Program-made: the position numbers and the translations under genes
Assembly: GCA_963725785.1 (NCBI GenBank)
Contig: CAVRZV010000009.1
Span: 1,667-65,666 of the forward strand
DNA: 64,000 nt
Direction of reading: 5' to 3'
Source of the DNA: an uncultured Bacteroidales bacterium
GTDB taxonomy: Bacteria; Bacteroidota; Bacteroidia; Bacteroidales; VadinHA17
In this document: in pieces, positions 54,298-64,000 of the stretch
How the letters are laid out: each line of letters starts with the position of its first letter
Numbering within the stretch: the stretch's first letter is position 1
Notes under the pieces: generated by a model
What the model was told of the DNA's origin: nothing
The model's database searches: none
Seen by the model: only the letters and a program-made list of their open reading frames with translations

Positions 54298-57162
54298 TTA
54301 CCTTTTAATAATCAATTTTTGAGCATCAAGTTTCATCGAGCTGGTTATTGCTTCAACAACATAAATGCCTGAATATAGATTGTCGGGTATTTGTATATTT
54401 TTTGGACCAGGGCCTACCATTGAATACTCGAATTCTATCTTGCCTGAGAAGTCAATGATTCTCACTGTAATTGGCTGCAAAACGGGTTCATCTATTGAAA
54501 CATAAAAAAAATCCTTAGCAGGATTTGGGTAAATAACTAATTTTATTTTTTCAGGATTTGCTGAACCGGGATTTTTCGAGGAGGAGCCAAATATACTAAA
54601 TTCAGATATATTATTCGAGGTGTTTAAGGAGTTACCATGTCCGACATATTTCAGAAATGAATATTCTGTATTTGAATTTAGAACAGGAAAATCGAATACC
54701 TGTCTGTCCCCTGAGAAATCACATGAAGATAAACTTGTCATGATCGGCTCCCATGTCAGATTATCTTTAGATGCATATATATCAAAATATGATGCATAGC
54801 GCTGCCCTTGCAAAAAAGCCAGATCCACATAACTTATTTTAAAAGGTTCCCCTAATTTGAACAAAAGCCATTGATTATCGCCATTCGATGACCATTTTGT
54901 GAGGGTGTTACCATCTATAGCATTATTTGGAGAATCGGATTGTTCAAAATTGTTTGTTTCGACATTTGTAATTTTTGACTTGGAAAGCGTTGGTTTATAC
55001 GGCATTATGTTTATTGAGATACTTTTTGATACAATGTCAGACCCGTCAGAAACCTTCACCTGAAATTCGAGAAGCTGCGATTTAGCCACAACAGGCGCGA
55101 GGTATTCTAACCTGGAAGAGTTCGTAGTAGAAACTGATATATTATTCGGCACTGTCCAGTTGTAGTTTAGATTATCATTGTTAAAATCATAGCTTCCCGA
55201 AGCATCTATTTCGTAAACAAATCCGGAATAAGCAAATTGGGAATAGATTGTAACTACTACCGGCGGAACGTTTGCTTTGTTTACATCTTCACAGTTATTC
55301 GTTACAGATTTAGAACTAATACTTGCTGCCGCAACACCGCCCGGAGTTTGTAACGGGTTATTTGTAGGTTTTGTGTAGGAAATTGCGATGATATCGCCAA
55401 ATTTTACAGCGCTGGCTATTGTTAACAGAACCTTGTTCCCCGAAATTGAAACTGAATTGACAGTTCTGGCAGCAGAATTTACCTGAACATTAAAAACAGA
55501 ACTGGCAGGCACAATATTGGCCAGACTCAGACTGTAAGTCATTTCAATAATCAATGGCGTGGCGTTTTCCACAACAGAGGAAGAATAAACAGGGATATTT
55601 GATATACAGTCATTAGTTACCGCATAGGTACTAAAACCGGAGGCCTCTCCTCCAGTGTATGTTTGTAATGGATTATTTACAGGTTTTGTGTATGATACTG
55701 TAACAATATCGCCAAATTTTACTGCGCTTGCCATTGTTAATTGAACGGTGTTCCCGGAAATATAAACTGAGTTTATAGTACGGGTCACTGAATTAACCGA
55801 TACACCAAACGAAGAAGTTGCAGGTACCACCTGATTATCGAGATTCAGATTATATGTTATTTCAAGAACAGAAGGAGTTGAGTTCTCAATTACTGAATAG
55901 ACATATGTAGGAACCGGGGTAGATGAGCCGGTCTGTAATTCGAAAGCTCCAATATCGGGAGCTTTTCCGGTGTAAGGTAATCCGACATCCACACCGGCGT
56001 CGATCAAATCAGAGCCTGGATCCAAATGCAAAAAATCGATATCAGGTAAACTACCATCTGCCTTTCTATTTCCCATTAACTGCGTTCCATCGAGTCCTAT
56101 GAAATCTGACTCCGAAACTGAGAGGTTACTACTGAATGTATTATTTGATAATATAGATTCATTTGATACTTTAAATTCATTTAAATTTTTAAAAGATATA
56201 TTGTTTTTAAGTATATTAACTCTATCGTAATCATTAAAATAGAACCCATGATTTCCATTCATATAAGATGTATTGTTATATAACTCTGTTGTAGCTTTGG
56301 CACCATTTTGATCAAATCCGATATACCTGTTTTTATAGGCCAGACAGTTTCTGATTTGAAACAACACATCATTCCCATGATCAGCTCTGGTGATCCCTAA
56401 CTTAAACCCTGAGCCGTTTCCTCCTTTGTTAAATGTATCTGGTATATATCCGTTATAGAACGACCAGCAATTTTCAATAATAATTGTACCATCACTGCCA
56501 TATGGATCTATACCATCATCAGTATTCCACCAGAAGCGGCAGCCCCATACAGTATTTACAGCACCTTCAGGGATATTGTCAAAGCCAAACCCATCAGCAT
56601 TGCCATATTGATCTCCCCCTGGGGTTAACGGGTCCTGATTATGGTGAAAATCACAATTCAATATCAGGTTATCCGTTGAATTTTGCGATATACCCATCCC
56701 TGACCCATTATTGTGGTAGTTAAGAAGTTCAAAAATATTATGACTCGAATTTTCGATACTAAATCCAGCACACACGCCACCGTCTAATTGAGTATAACCT
56801 GATATATCAAGACCTTTAAAATAAAAGTAATCACCACTAAAATAAATTCCTGAATTAGTTCTGTAATTACCGCTTTTTGTCAGAATCGGTATTTCACCCG
56901 GATAGGCCCAGATCCTTATTAAATTGACTGATGTCCCATCTTTGCCTCTAAGATATTGCTGAGTATCAAATGAATAAGTACCTCCTCTAAGAAAAACCTG
57001 ATCACCGGCTTTAATAACTGTCCAGACTTTGTTTAACGAAAAAAAAGGATGAGAAATGTCTCCGTTATTTGAATCTTTACCATTGGGGGATATGTAGTAG
57101 GTTGCACCGGTCAGAGATAAAGAAATTAGAATAAGTAATAAAAGGAGTACCTTTCTTTTCAT
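54298..57162 (-). CDS. Secreted right-handed beta-helix protein (pectate-lyase-fold) with two ~100-aa Ig-like repeats, a discoidin (F5/8 type C) domain and a T9SS type-A sorting tail
   Basis: The N-terminus TYYISPNGKDSNNGDISHPF..L......AGDQVFLRGGTY is typical of beta-helix enzymes. Repeats contain ...VKFGDI..(V/I)SYTKP.NNPLQT. Also NAIDGN..TKWSS.G..QW and a tail IYPNPAKDFFYV...GIYVVE. Confidence 0.75.
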   Translation of the reverse strand: MKRKVLLLLLILISLSLTGATYYISPNGKDSNNGDISHPFFSLNKVWTVIKAGDQVFLRGGTYSFDTQQYLRGKDGTSVNLIRIWAYPGEIPILTKSGNYRTNSGIYFSGDYFYFKGLDISGYTQLDGGVCAGFSIENSSHNIFELLNYHNNGSGMGISQNSTDNLILNCDFHHNQDPLTPGGDQYGNADGFGFDNIPEGAVNTVWGCRFWWNTDDGIDPYGSDGTIIIENCWSFYNGYIPDTFNKGGNGSGFKLGITRADHGNDVLFQIRNCLAYKNRYIGFDQNGAKATTELYNNTSYMNGNHGFYFNDYDRVNILKNNISFKNLNEFKVSNESILSNNTFSSNLSVSESDFIGLDGTQLMGNRKADGSLPDIDFLHLDPGSDLIDAGVDVGLPYTGKAPDIGAFELQTGSSTPVPTYVYSVIENSTPSVLEITYNLNLDNQVVPATSSFGVSVNSVTRTINSVYISGNTVQLTMASAVKFGDIVTVSYTKPVNNPLQTYTGGEASGFSTYAVTNDCISNIPVYSSSVVENATPLIIEMTYSLSLANIVPASSVFNVQVNSAARTVNSVSISGNKVLLTIASAVKFGDIIAISYTKPTNNPLQTPGGVAAASISSKSVTNNCEDVNKANVPPVVVTIYSQFAYSGFVYEIDASGSYDFNNDNLNYNWTVPNNISVSTTNSSRLEYLAPVVAKSQLLEFQVKVSDGSDIVSKSISINIMPYKPTLSKSKITNVETNNFEQSDSPNNAIDGNTLTKWSSNGDNQWLLFKLGEPFKISYVDLAFLQGQRYASYFDIYASKDNLTWEPIMTSLSSCDFSGDRQVFDFPVLNSNTEYSFLKYVGHGNSLNTSNNISEFSIFGSSSKNPGSANPEKIKLVIYPNPAKDFFYVSIDEPVLQPITVRIIDFSGKIEFEYSMVGPGPKNIQIPDNLYSGIYVVEAITSSMKLDAQKLIIKR

Positions 57163-57506
57163 ATGCCAATTGCTATTTTGGTATACAGTATAAAATAATT
57201 GACAAAAAATGAAACTTACACAGTTAAAAGATCGTTCTATTTGATTGTAAATATATTATTTTTTCTGAGAATTTTTTTTTTATTTGTAAAAAGCATTCTT
57301 TTTTTAATCCAGATGTTCTGTACTATATTTTAGCCAAATATCTGTTATTGTGTAATAAAAAGTAATTGTACGGGGTCAGGGACTGTGATGATCATTCCCC
57401 CTTATAGTTAAACCTGACCTTATTTATTTCGGTATTGACTTTGTTGTTATAATTTTATAAATATTTTACTTTAGAAAAGCGTATATTGCTGGAAAATGTA
57501 AATGTA

Positions 57507-58778
57507 ATGATCAAGCGGCTTACAGAACTGTACAAGAACAATTTAAGAATTAAACAGGTAGTCTCTTTACTTGCTGTAAATATTTTTATCATTCCTTTGT
57601 CTTTCATCTCCAATATTATTATCACCAGATTTTTAGGCCCAGTGGCATTTGGCGATTTTAAATTTATATTGTACGTTTTTAGTTTTAGTATAGTCCTTTT
57701 CAATTTTGGATTTTTTCAGGCAGGAAACAGAGCTTTGGTTCTAAATTCTGATCCGGAAAAAACAAGAGAATATTATGGTTCAATGCTGTTAATATTACTT
57801 GGTCTTTTTTTGGTGATAGCCACTGTATTATTTGTTTATGCTATGGTTGACAAGAATATTAACGAGAAAGGACTGCGCACAATGTTAATCTGCATTATAC
57901 CTTTCACATGGCTCTTTTTACTTGGAACTTATTTTGAGGTTTTATTCCAGGCCGATAATAAAATAGGTCTGCTTGCAAAGAGCCGGTTATATCCTAAAAT
58001 TATTTTCTTTATTACTATCCTGGTATTATTTTTGTTTTTCACCAGGTATAAGGGAAACAGGCTGAGCATAATCTGGATTTTATATTTAGTAACTCAGATT
58101 ATAGGTTTTGTTTACATAATATATAAAATAAATCCATCATTCCGAAATCTCAGAACACGAATAAAGGAAATCTGGTTCTATAACAAAACCTATGGATTTA
58201 ATGTATACTTCGGGGCGTTGTTCAGTACAGGTTCTTCGGCTTTAACCGGATTGCTTATCAGTTATTTTGGGATTAATAATTCCGGGGTTGGGTTTTTTTC
58301 CCTCGCATTGACAATCACAGAACCTTTAGGCTTCATTCCCAATGTGATTGCTACTACCCATTATAAGGATTTTTCCACAGAAAAGAGTATTCCGAAAAAA
58401 CTAACTCTGATTACTCTTGCAGTTACTCTTTCGGCGATGATTCTGTGCTGGATACTGGTCGGACCATTTGTTAAATACTTTTATGGTCCGGAATTTCGCG
58501 CAGTAATTCCGCTGACATTTATTGTAAGTTTCGGGGTCATCATGGGTGGATTTGCCGATTTCTTTAACAGGTTTTTGGGTTCTCATGGGCAGGGAAAAGC
58601 ATTAAGGAACAGTGCTATTATTGTTGGGATCTTTGCTATGATTTTTAATGTTACCCTCATCCCTCTTCTTGGTGAAACCGGTGCAGCATACACTACGATT
58701 TTTTCTGCATTGATATATATTCTTACTATGCTGTGGTTCTACAAAAGGTTGGTTAACAGGCTTGCCAATGCCAATTAA
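57507..58778 (+). CDS. wzx: Oligosaccharide flippase (Wzx / polysaccharide biosynthesis MOP-family protein)
   Basis: About 12 TM segments, an N-terminal ...NI....L.F...II.TR.LGP..FG pattern, and the locus context. Start taken at ATG 57507. Confidence 0.7.
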   Translation: MIKRLTELYKNNLRIKQVVSLLAVNIFIIPLSFISNIIITRFLGPVAFGDFKFILYVFSFSIVLFNFGFFQAGNRALVLNSDPEKTREYYGSMLLILLGLFLVIATVLFVYAMVDKNINEKGLRTMLICIIPFTWLFLLGTYFEVLFQADNKIGLLAKSRLYPKIIFFITILVLFLFFTRYKGNRLSIIWILYLVTQIIGFVYIIYKINPSFRNLRTRIKEIWFYNKTYGFNVYFGALFSTGSSALTGLLISYFGINNSGVGFFSLALTITEPLGFIPNVIATTHYKDFSTEKSIPKKLTLITLAVTLSAMILCWILVGPFVKYFYGPEFRAVIPLTFIVSFGVIMGGFADFFNRFLGSHGQGKALRNSAIIVGIFAMIFNVTLIPLLGETGAAYTTIFSALIYILTMLWFYKRLVNRLANAN

Positions 58779-58856
58779 TGAAATGAGATTACTTGTCACT
58801 ATAGTTAATACTTTTCAGGAAAATATATTACATCGATACTTAAGATTTATAATTAA

Positions 58857-60215
58857 ATGAAAAAAGGAAATCAGGATTCAATTACGAAGAGCTCAGCTGA
58901 TGACTGGGGAGATATGAAAGGGATAACATTTTATGATTACCTGGTTGTATTTGTAATGATAATCTATGGTGGAAAGGCAAATAGCTTAGTTGAGTCTGGA
59001 TCATTAAAAGATAATGTTGTTGGTTTTCTTCTTCCGGTAATTTTAGGCATTATATTAATCATACGATGGAAGGTCAGGCTTGATCAGCACTTTTATCTCC
59101 TTATATTTGGGTTTCTTATTTATTTCATCGCAATAGCATTAAAAACCGGTGAAATCCACCCCAGTTTTTTCCTGCATTATTCTATTAAGTTCTTTGTCGT
59201 ATTTTCTGTAATTAAATCATTAAAAGCCAATCTATTCAAGGTCTATGAATATTTGCTTTATTATCTGGCAATTGTAGGATTGTTTATGTGGATCGTTCAG
59301 ATCGGATTGGGAGGAGATACTCTTTATTCCATTTTTAACAAAATCCCGGGAATGGCTTCATTCTCATTTGTGACAGGGACTGGAGCAACTGTCATTTTCT
59401 ACTCGGTTCAACCAGTTATAAATGCAGTCGTAAATCTGGCGATCCCAAGGAATTGTGGATTTGCACAGGAACCTGGAAGTTTTGCTGTTTATCTTTGTCT
59501 GGCTCTCTTTATAAACCTTTTTATTACTAATTCCGAGAAAAAAAGTAAACAACGATTTTGGATATTAGTTGTCGCATTAATAACTACCCAGTCAACAACA
59601 GGTTATGTAATATTTGCACTGATTATTATATTTTATATATTAAGTAAAAATTTAAGCAAGATATTATTAGTGTTTCCATTTGCGATCGTCGCACTGATTT
59701 ATATGTCGACTTTACCTTTTATGAGTAATAAAATTGTTACACTGCTTACGGAAACCAATACTCTGGACCAATTAATAATAAGAAGTTTTAATGCTGAAGA
59801 AACTTTTACACCTCAGCGTTTTACTTCATTTGTGATAACATTCAAAGATTTTCAAGCTAATCCAGTATTGGGTCTGGGCCCGGATAATGAAAATAGCTGG
59901 CTTAATAAAATAGGGGCAAGAATTTCCCCGATTTCCGGAATAGGAAACTTATTAGCCCAGTTTGGCCTTGTCGGATTTCTCTTTTTTATAATATCTTCAA
60001 TCAGAAGTTCATTTTTCTTTTCGAATTATTTTAATTATAATGGAAAGTTTTTATTATTCTTTATAATTTTATTTATATCAATAAGTTATAGTTTAGTTAT
60101 GTTGCCTGTCATTATGATTTTCTGGTTGTTCAGATTCTTTTCACCCGAGAAATCCGATCATAAAAAAGAGGCTACATTGGTTTTAAATTCAGAAAAAAAT
60201 TTAGTTAATCCCTGA
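58857..60215 (+). CDS. O-antigen polymerase/ligase-like (Wzy-type) polytopic membrane protein
   Basis: At least 10 TM segments with a larger loop near residues 300-350. It sits between wzx and glycosyltransferase genes. Confidence 0.6.
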   Translation: MKKGNQDSITKSSADDWGDMKGITFYDYLVVFVMIIYGGKANSLVESGSLKDNVVGFLLPVILGIILIIRWKVRLDQHFYLLIFGFLIYFIAIALKTGEIHPSFFLHYSIKFFVVFSVIKSLKANLFKVYEYLLYYLAIVGLFMWIVQIGLGGDTLYSIFNKIPGMASFSFVTGTGATVIFYSVQPVINAVVNLAIPRNCGFAQEPGSFAVYLCLALFINLFITNSEKKSKQRFWILVVALITTQSTTGYVIFALIIIFYILSKNLSKILLVFPFAIVALIYMSTLPFMSNKIVTLLTETNTLDQLIIRSFNAEETFTPQRFTSFVITFKDFQANPVLGLGPDNENSWLNKIGARISPISGIGNLLAQFGLVGFLFFIISSIRSSFFFSNYFNYNGKFLLFFIILFISISYSLVMLPVIMIFWLFRFFSPEKSDHKKEATLVLNSEKNLVNP

Positions 60216-60332
60216 GAAATAAGTGAGATAAACTTTCAATGGTTTTTCCAAACCATTATTTTAGCCCCGGGAATTATTGACGGCTGAAAGTAATATCAAT
60301 TACCAAAGAGGATCGACTAAGACAGAATAAAT

Positions 60333-61502
60333 ATGAGCATTGTAATTTTTGGAGATAATTTCTCTTTTCCGGAAGGAAACGCTGCAACCAACCGGGTTTA
60401 TACCTACGCAAAAGGTTTTGCTGAGAATAATGTAAATTCTTATGTAATTTGTTTCAGTAATGATTACCTTGAAAATGGTAATGGAATAGTTGAAAAGATT
60501 CAATATTTTCATCCATTGAATCAGAACAAAAGGAGTAATTCTTTTTTCATTAGAAACTGGTTTAAATTTACCAAGTACGTCAACACTATCAGACTTTTAA
60601 AGAGAATTAACAAGGAAGATAAGATTGAAGCAATTATTACTTATACGAAGAAATCTGTTACACACTTATTCTCTTTTTATTTATCCAGAATTATTGGCAC
60701 AAAATTGATAATTGAAAATAATGAACATCCTCTGAGATATTATCAGTCAGGATTCATAAAGAGAGCAATTGGTAAAACAAAACTTGCAATAGAACTTAAA
60801 TCATTTGATGGTATATTGTTGATAACCCAGCACTTAATTGACTTCTATAAATCTAAATCAATTAGCGAAAAGAAATTACTGTTGGTGCCATCTACGGTTG
60901 ATCCAGGCAGATTTGAAAAAGAAAAGTCAAAAAATATTGCTTATAAATATATTGGATACTTTGGATCAATTGATTTCGACAGGGATAATGTCGATTTGTT
61001 AATTAATTCATTTTCGATGATTTCTGAAAAATATAATGATATTCATCTTGTTTTAGGCGGAATGTATTCAGATGTAGAAAAAAAGTTGCTTCTTGACCTG
61101 GTCAAATCTCTAAAAATAGAATCTAAAGTTCATCTTTTAAAGTATTTGTCACGGGATGAAATCATTCAATATATGGTAGATTCCTACATTATTGTTATGG
61201 TCAGAAGCAATGATATTCATACTGATGCATCATTCCCGTCAAAACTGACTGAATTTTTATCAATTGGCAATCCTATGATCTCTGTCAGTGTGAGCGAAAT
61301 CCCAAAATACATCGAAGATGGAGTAAACGGTTTCCTGATAAAACCCGGAGATACGATCGGTCTCTCAGAAAAGCTGGAATTTGTCCTTAACAATTATCAA
61401 TTCGCGTCAGAAGTTGCACAAAAAGGGAAAGAACTTACAGGTTCTGTATTCAACTATCGATATCAGGCTAAAAGAATCATTGAATTCATAAATTCAATCT
61501 GA
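60333..61502 (+). CDS. GT-B fold glycosyltransferase (family 4 / group 1)
   Basis: C-terminal nucleotide-sugar binding half: G........K.........V.L.......Y......I.V....D....FPSKL.EFLS.G.P.I......I..YIEDG.NGFL..PGD. Confidence 0.75.
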   Translation: MSIVIFGDNFSFPEGNAATNRVYTYAKGFAENNVNSYVICFSNDYLENGNGIVEKIQYFHPLNQNKRSNSFFIRNWFKFTKYVNTIRLLKRINKEDKIEAIITYTKKSVTHLFSFYLSRIIGTKLIIENNEHPLRYYQSGFIKRAIGKTKLAIELKSFDGILLITQHLIDFYKSKSISEKKLLLVPSTVDPGRFEKEKSKNIAYKYIGYFGSIDFDRDNVDLLINSFSMISEKYNDIHLVLGGMYSDVEKKLLLDLVKSLKIESKVHLLKYLSRDEIIQYMVDSYIIVMVRSNDIHTDASFPSKLTEFLSIGNPMISVSVSEIPKYIEDGVNGFLIKPGDTIGLSEKLEFVLNNYQFASEVAQKGKELTGSVFNYRYQAKRIIEFINSI

Positions 61503-61552
61503 TGCAGCTCCTGACATTATCTTCCCCTGTATTTTAATCTTAAAAATAGAAC

Positions 61553-62584
61553 ATGGAAGCTGTTTTTAAATATGCACTTGAATCATCTGAAATTGAGAAT
61601 ATTTGGAAATTTTGCAACTCTGTTGACTACTGTTCTATAGAACAATCTATTGGCTGGACTCAAATATTCTATAAATCAAAGATTTGCTATTTCTATTTAC
61701 ATGATGAATCAGGGATCAGGAGTTTTTGTCAGATAAATGAACGTTTACGATCTGCCCAGATTTGCTATGGCCCGGTATGTTGTGATAAACAGTTAATGAT
61801 TGACTCAATTGATGAAATAATTAGCTATTACAAAAAGCTGGGATACTATTATTTAGGCATTCAGATGTACTACAAGTCAGGTAATGACACCGAGTACATC
61901 GAATATGTATTAAATAAGCGTCACAACATAAAACATTTTTTTAATTCTGAAAACGCAAAATCCTCGATTGAAATCGACCTGAGGGATAGTATAGAAGAGA
62001 TATATGGAAGAATACGACATGGTCATAAGAATGATATTAAAAAAGCTATCAAACAGGGTGTTACATTTGATGTGGTTAAGAATAAAGATGAATTAGATTC
62101 TTTTATTAAAATTTACTACAAAATATGCAAAGCCCGGAATATTGACTATGGTGGGCTCACTGCAGAAAATATACATGAAATATATAGCTACTTAATCAAT
62201 CACAACAAGGGTCAGATTCTTATTAGCAAAGATAAAGATAATGTTGTTTTGGGTGGAGAAATCCTGTTATACCAGGGAATTTCAGTGAGATGCTGGAAAG
62301 GGGTGTCAGATCCTGACCAGCGAGATATACCATCGTCGCACTTTCTGCTTTATGAGGCTATAAAAAGTTCCAAAAATGCCAATTTCAGATTTTTTGATTT
62401 TGGAGGATATAATCATTTTGCCGATAAAAACAATCATGTATATAATATAAACCATTTTAAAAAGGGATTCGGTGGAGATTATACTTTTTTTGCAAAAAAA
62501 ATGAACATAAGTCTTATTCCCGGTGGGTACAGTCTTTACAGATTCCTGAATATATTTAAAAAAGCTATCGCAAGACTTCGTTAG
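61553..62584 (+). CDS. FemAB/CelD-like GNAT-fold acyl/aminoacyl transferase, paralog 1
   Basis: 343 aa. The C-terminal F.FFDFGGY...........N.FKKGFGG pattern is as in the FemABX / Acetyltransf_6 families. Confidence 0.6.
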   Translation: MEAVFKYALESSEIENIWKFCNSVDYCSIEQSIGWTQIFYKSKICYFYLHDESGIRSFCQINERLRSAQICYGPVCCDKQLMIDSIDEIISYYKKLGYYYLGIQMYYKSGNDTEYIEYVLNKRHNIKHFFNSENAKSSIEIDLRDSIEEIYGRIRHGHKNDIKKAIKQGVTFDVVKNKDELDSFIKIYYKICKARNIDYGGLTAENIHEIYSYLINHNKGQILISKDKDNVVLGGEILLYQGISVRCWKGVSDPDQRDIPSSHFLLYEAIKSSKNANFRFFDFGGYNHFADKNNHVYNINHFKKGFGGDYTFFAKKMNISLIPGGYSLYRFLNIFKKAIARLR

Positions 62585-62677
62585 TTGATCGAAAACAATG
62601 TTTTAGATGTGATTAAAACCTCCTGGGGATACAAAAGTTATGAAATATTATTATCATTAAAATTATGTTAGCAACCT

Positions 62678-63709
62678 ATGCAGTCCGTTTTTAAATTCGA
62701 ACTCGATAAAACTGAACTTGAGAGAATCAGTGGTTTTTGTAATTCTGTTGATTATTGTTCTATAGAACAGTCGATTGGCTGGACTCAAATGTTCTTTAAA
62801 TCAAAAATCTGTTATTTCTATCTGATAGAAGATTCAGATATAAAAAGTTTCAGCCAGATCCATGAAAGTCACAAAATTGCCCATGTTGTTTTCGGACCTG
62901 TTTGTTGTGATAAAGAAATAATGGTTACTTCTATTGATGAAATAATACATTATTATAAAAAGCGCGGATTTTTTTTCGTAGATATTCAAATGTACTTTAA
63001 GTCAGGTTTTGATACAGAGTATATCGAATATGCGTTGAGCAAAAACTATAGCATTAAATACCTGTTCAACAAAGAAAATACTAAATCCTCGATTGAGATT
63101 AATTTGGAAGAAAGTGACGAAGATATTTTTAAAAGATTCAGGGAGAACAATAAAAGGAATATAAAAAAAGCCATAAAATCCGGATTAAAGGTTGAATTGG
63201 TAAACGGTTCTGCTGAATTAACTTCTTTTATTGACGTTTACCTGAAAATGTGTAAAGTCAGGGATTTAGATGACAAGGGATTGTCCCCCCAAAAAATAAT
63301 TGAAATTTATTCTTACTTAGTAAACAACAAAAAAGGGCAAATTCTTCTTGCCAAAGATAAAGATGACAACATCCTGGGAGGTGTAATTATAGTGTATCAG
63401 GGGATTTCGGTCCGTTATTTTTTAGGTGCATCAGATCCTGACAGACGCGATCTGCCTGTGTTGCATCTGGTTATTTATGAAGCAATCAAACAGGCTAAAA
63501 ATAATAACTTCAAGTTTTTTGACTTTTGGGGATATAATCATTTTGTTGATGAAAATGATCAGGTATATTATATTAACCAGTTTAAAACAGGATTTGGAGG
63601 TTACTATACTTTCTTTGCAAAAAAAATGAATATTGATCTCGTTCCGTTTGGCTCTAAGATATTTAGTATTTTATTGCTCTTAAGAAAGATTAAGAACAAA
63701 TATTTTTAG
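62678..63709 (+). CDS. FemAB/CelD-like GNAT-fold acyl/aminoacyl transferase, paralog 2
   Basis: Same length (343 aa) as paralog 1 and alignable with it without gaps. Shared blocks: FCNSVDYCSIEQSIGWTQ, KSKICYFYL, GPVCCDK, TEYIEY, KSSIEI, YQGISVR, FFDF.GYNHF, GFGG.YTFFAKKMNI. Confidence 0.6.
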   Translation: MQSVFKFELDKTELERISGFCNSVDYCSIEQSIGWTQMFFKSKICYFYLIEDSDIKSFSQIHESHKIAHVVFGPVCCDKEIMVTSIDEIIHYYKKRGFFFVDIQMYFKSGFDTEYIEYALSKNYSIKYLFNKENTKSSIEINLEESDEDIFKRFRENNKRNIKKAIKSGLKVELVNGSAELTSFIDVYLKMCKVRDLDDKGLSPQKIIEIYSYLVNNKKGQILLAKDKDDNILGGVIIVYQGISVRYFLGASDPDRRDLPVLHLVIYEAIKQAKNNNFKFFDFWGYNHFVDENDQVYYINQFKTGFGGYYTFFAKKMNIDLVPFGSKIFSILLLLRKIKNKYF

Positions 63710-63718
63710 CGGTACAAA

Positions 63719-64000
63719 ATGCAAGCTGTATTTAAATCCAAATTAAGTCATGAGGAGCTGGAAAAAATCAGGTGTTATTATAATTCCGTTGATTATTTCG
63801 CTATTGAACAATCAGTTGGCTGGAATCAGATGTTCTCTGAATGGGAGATTTGTTATTTCTATTTAATTGACGAGTCAGAAATAAAAAGTTTCAGTGTTAT
63901 TACTCAAAAATATAGATTTGCTCATATTGAATTCGGACCTGTTTGTTGTGACAAAGATTTAATGATTACTTCAATCAATGAAATTATTGATTATTATAAG
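63719..64000 (+). CDS. FemAB/CelD-like paralog 3 (3'-truncated by the window edge; not in the ORF track)
   Basis: ATG 63719 gives MQAVFKSKLSHEELEKIRCYYNSVDYFAIEQSVGWNQMFSEWEICYFYLIDESEIKSFSVITQKYRFAHIEFGPVCCDKDLMITSINEIIDYYK, collinear with the two upstream paralogs. Confidence 0.75.
   Translation, partial: MQAVFKSKLSHEELEKIRCYYNSVDYFAIEQSVGWNQMFSEWEICYFYLIDESEIKSFSVITQKYRFAHIEFGPVCCDKDLMITSINEIIDYYK

Noticed and set aside
57390-57401. 12-nt match (GATCATTCCCCC) to the unusual T-arm of the tRNA at 32871, as a possible att remnant delimiting a 24.5-kb island
   Set aside because: The match is short and does not extend into the acceptor 3' strand. There is no integrase or other mobility gene between the sites. 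I found it post hoc, so chance cannot be excluded. It sits inside a GGTCAGG...CCTGACC hairpin of unknown meaning.

Overview
This is an AT-rich chromosomal segment of Bacteroidota type. The evidence is T9SS type-A and type-B C-terminal sorting domains, PorP/SprF genes, the absence of Shine-Dalgarno-type leaders, and one TAnnTTTG-style promoter box. All product names come from motif recognition by eye; no searches were run.

Four blocks:
(1) 1-12968: the 3' 11.5 kb of a giant SprB-like adhesin gene that starts outside the window. It is built from stacked tandem arrays (15 x 294 bp, 10 x 264 bp, 10 x 267 bp, then SprB-type repeats). A type-B T9SS C-terminal domain follows in a shifted frame, then a PorP/SprF gene.
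(2) 13.1-32.9 kb: ordinary housekeeping genes. These are an EEP nuclease, CCA-adding enzyme, a frameshifted thioredoxin missing from the ORF track, xseBA, an S8 peptidase with a type-A T9SS tail, a MORN protein, dnaK, panB, an RluA-family synthase, a histidine kinase/response regulator pair, cdd, a LysM glucosaminidase, fmt, ribBA, an LptF/G permease, a START-like protein and tRNA-Met(CAU).
(3) 33.1-50.8 kb: an MBOAT plus SGNH-like O-acyltransferase pair bracketed by a duplicated ~130-bp terminator-containing segment next to the tRNA. Next comes a second adhesin locus. Its first gene holds ten apparently identical 264-bp units plus 7 x 255 bp and ends in a dockerin-like EF-hand pair instead of a T9SS tail. 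Its second gene has a signal peptide, a cohesin-like N-terminus, 5 x 207 bp repeats and a type-B tail. PorP/SprF and a PD40/PKD/OmpA protein follow.
(4) 50.9-64.0 kb: a surface-polysaccharide locus. It contains a DUF218 protein, a GT2 plus GT-C-like pair, a beta-helix T9SS cargo, Wzx, Wzy-like, GT4, and at least three tandem FemAB/CelD-like acyltransferase paralogs running off the 3' edge.

Cross-cutting observation: five single-nucleotide indels break otherwise recognisable genes (all three adhesins, thioredoxin, MBOAT). Sequence error and real pseudogenisation cannot be told apart from the sequence alone. No CRISPR array, integrase, transposase, reverse transcriptase or recognisable defence genes were seen.
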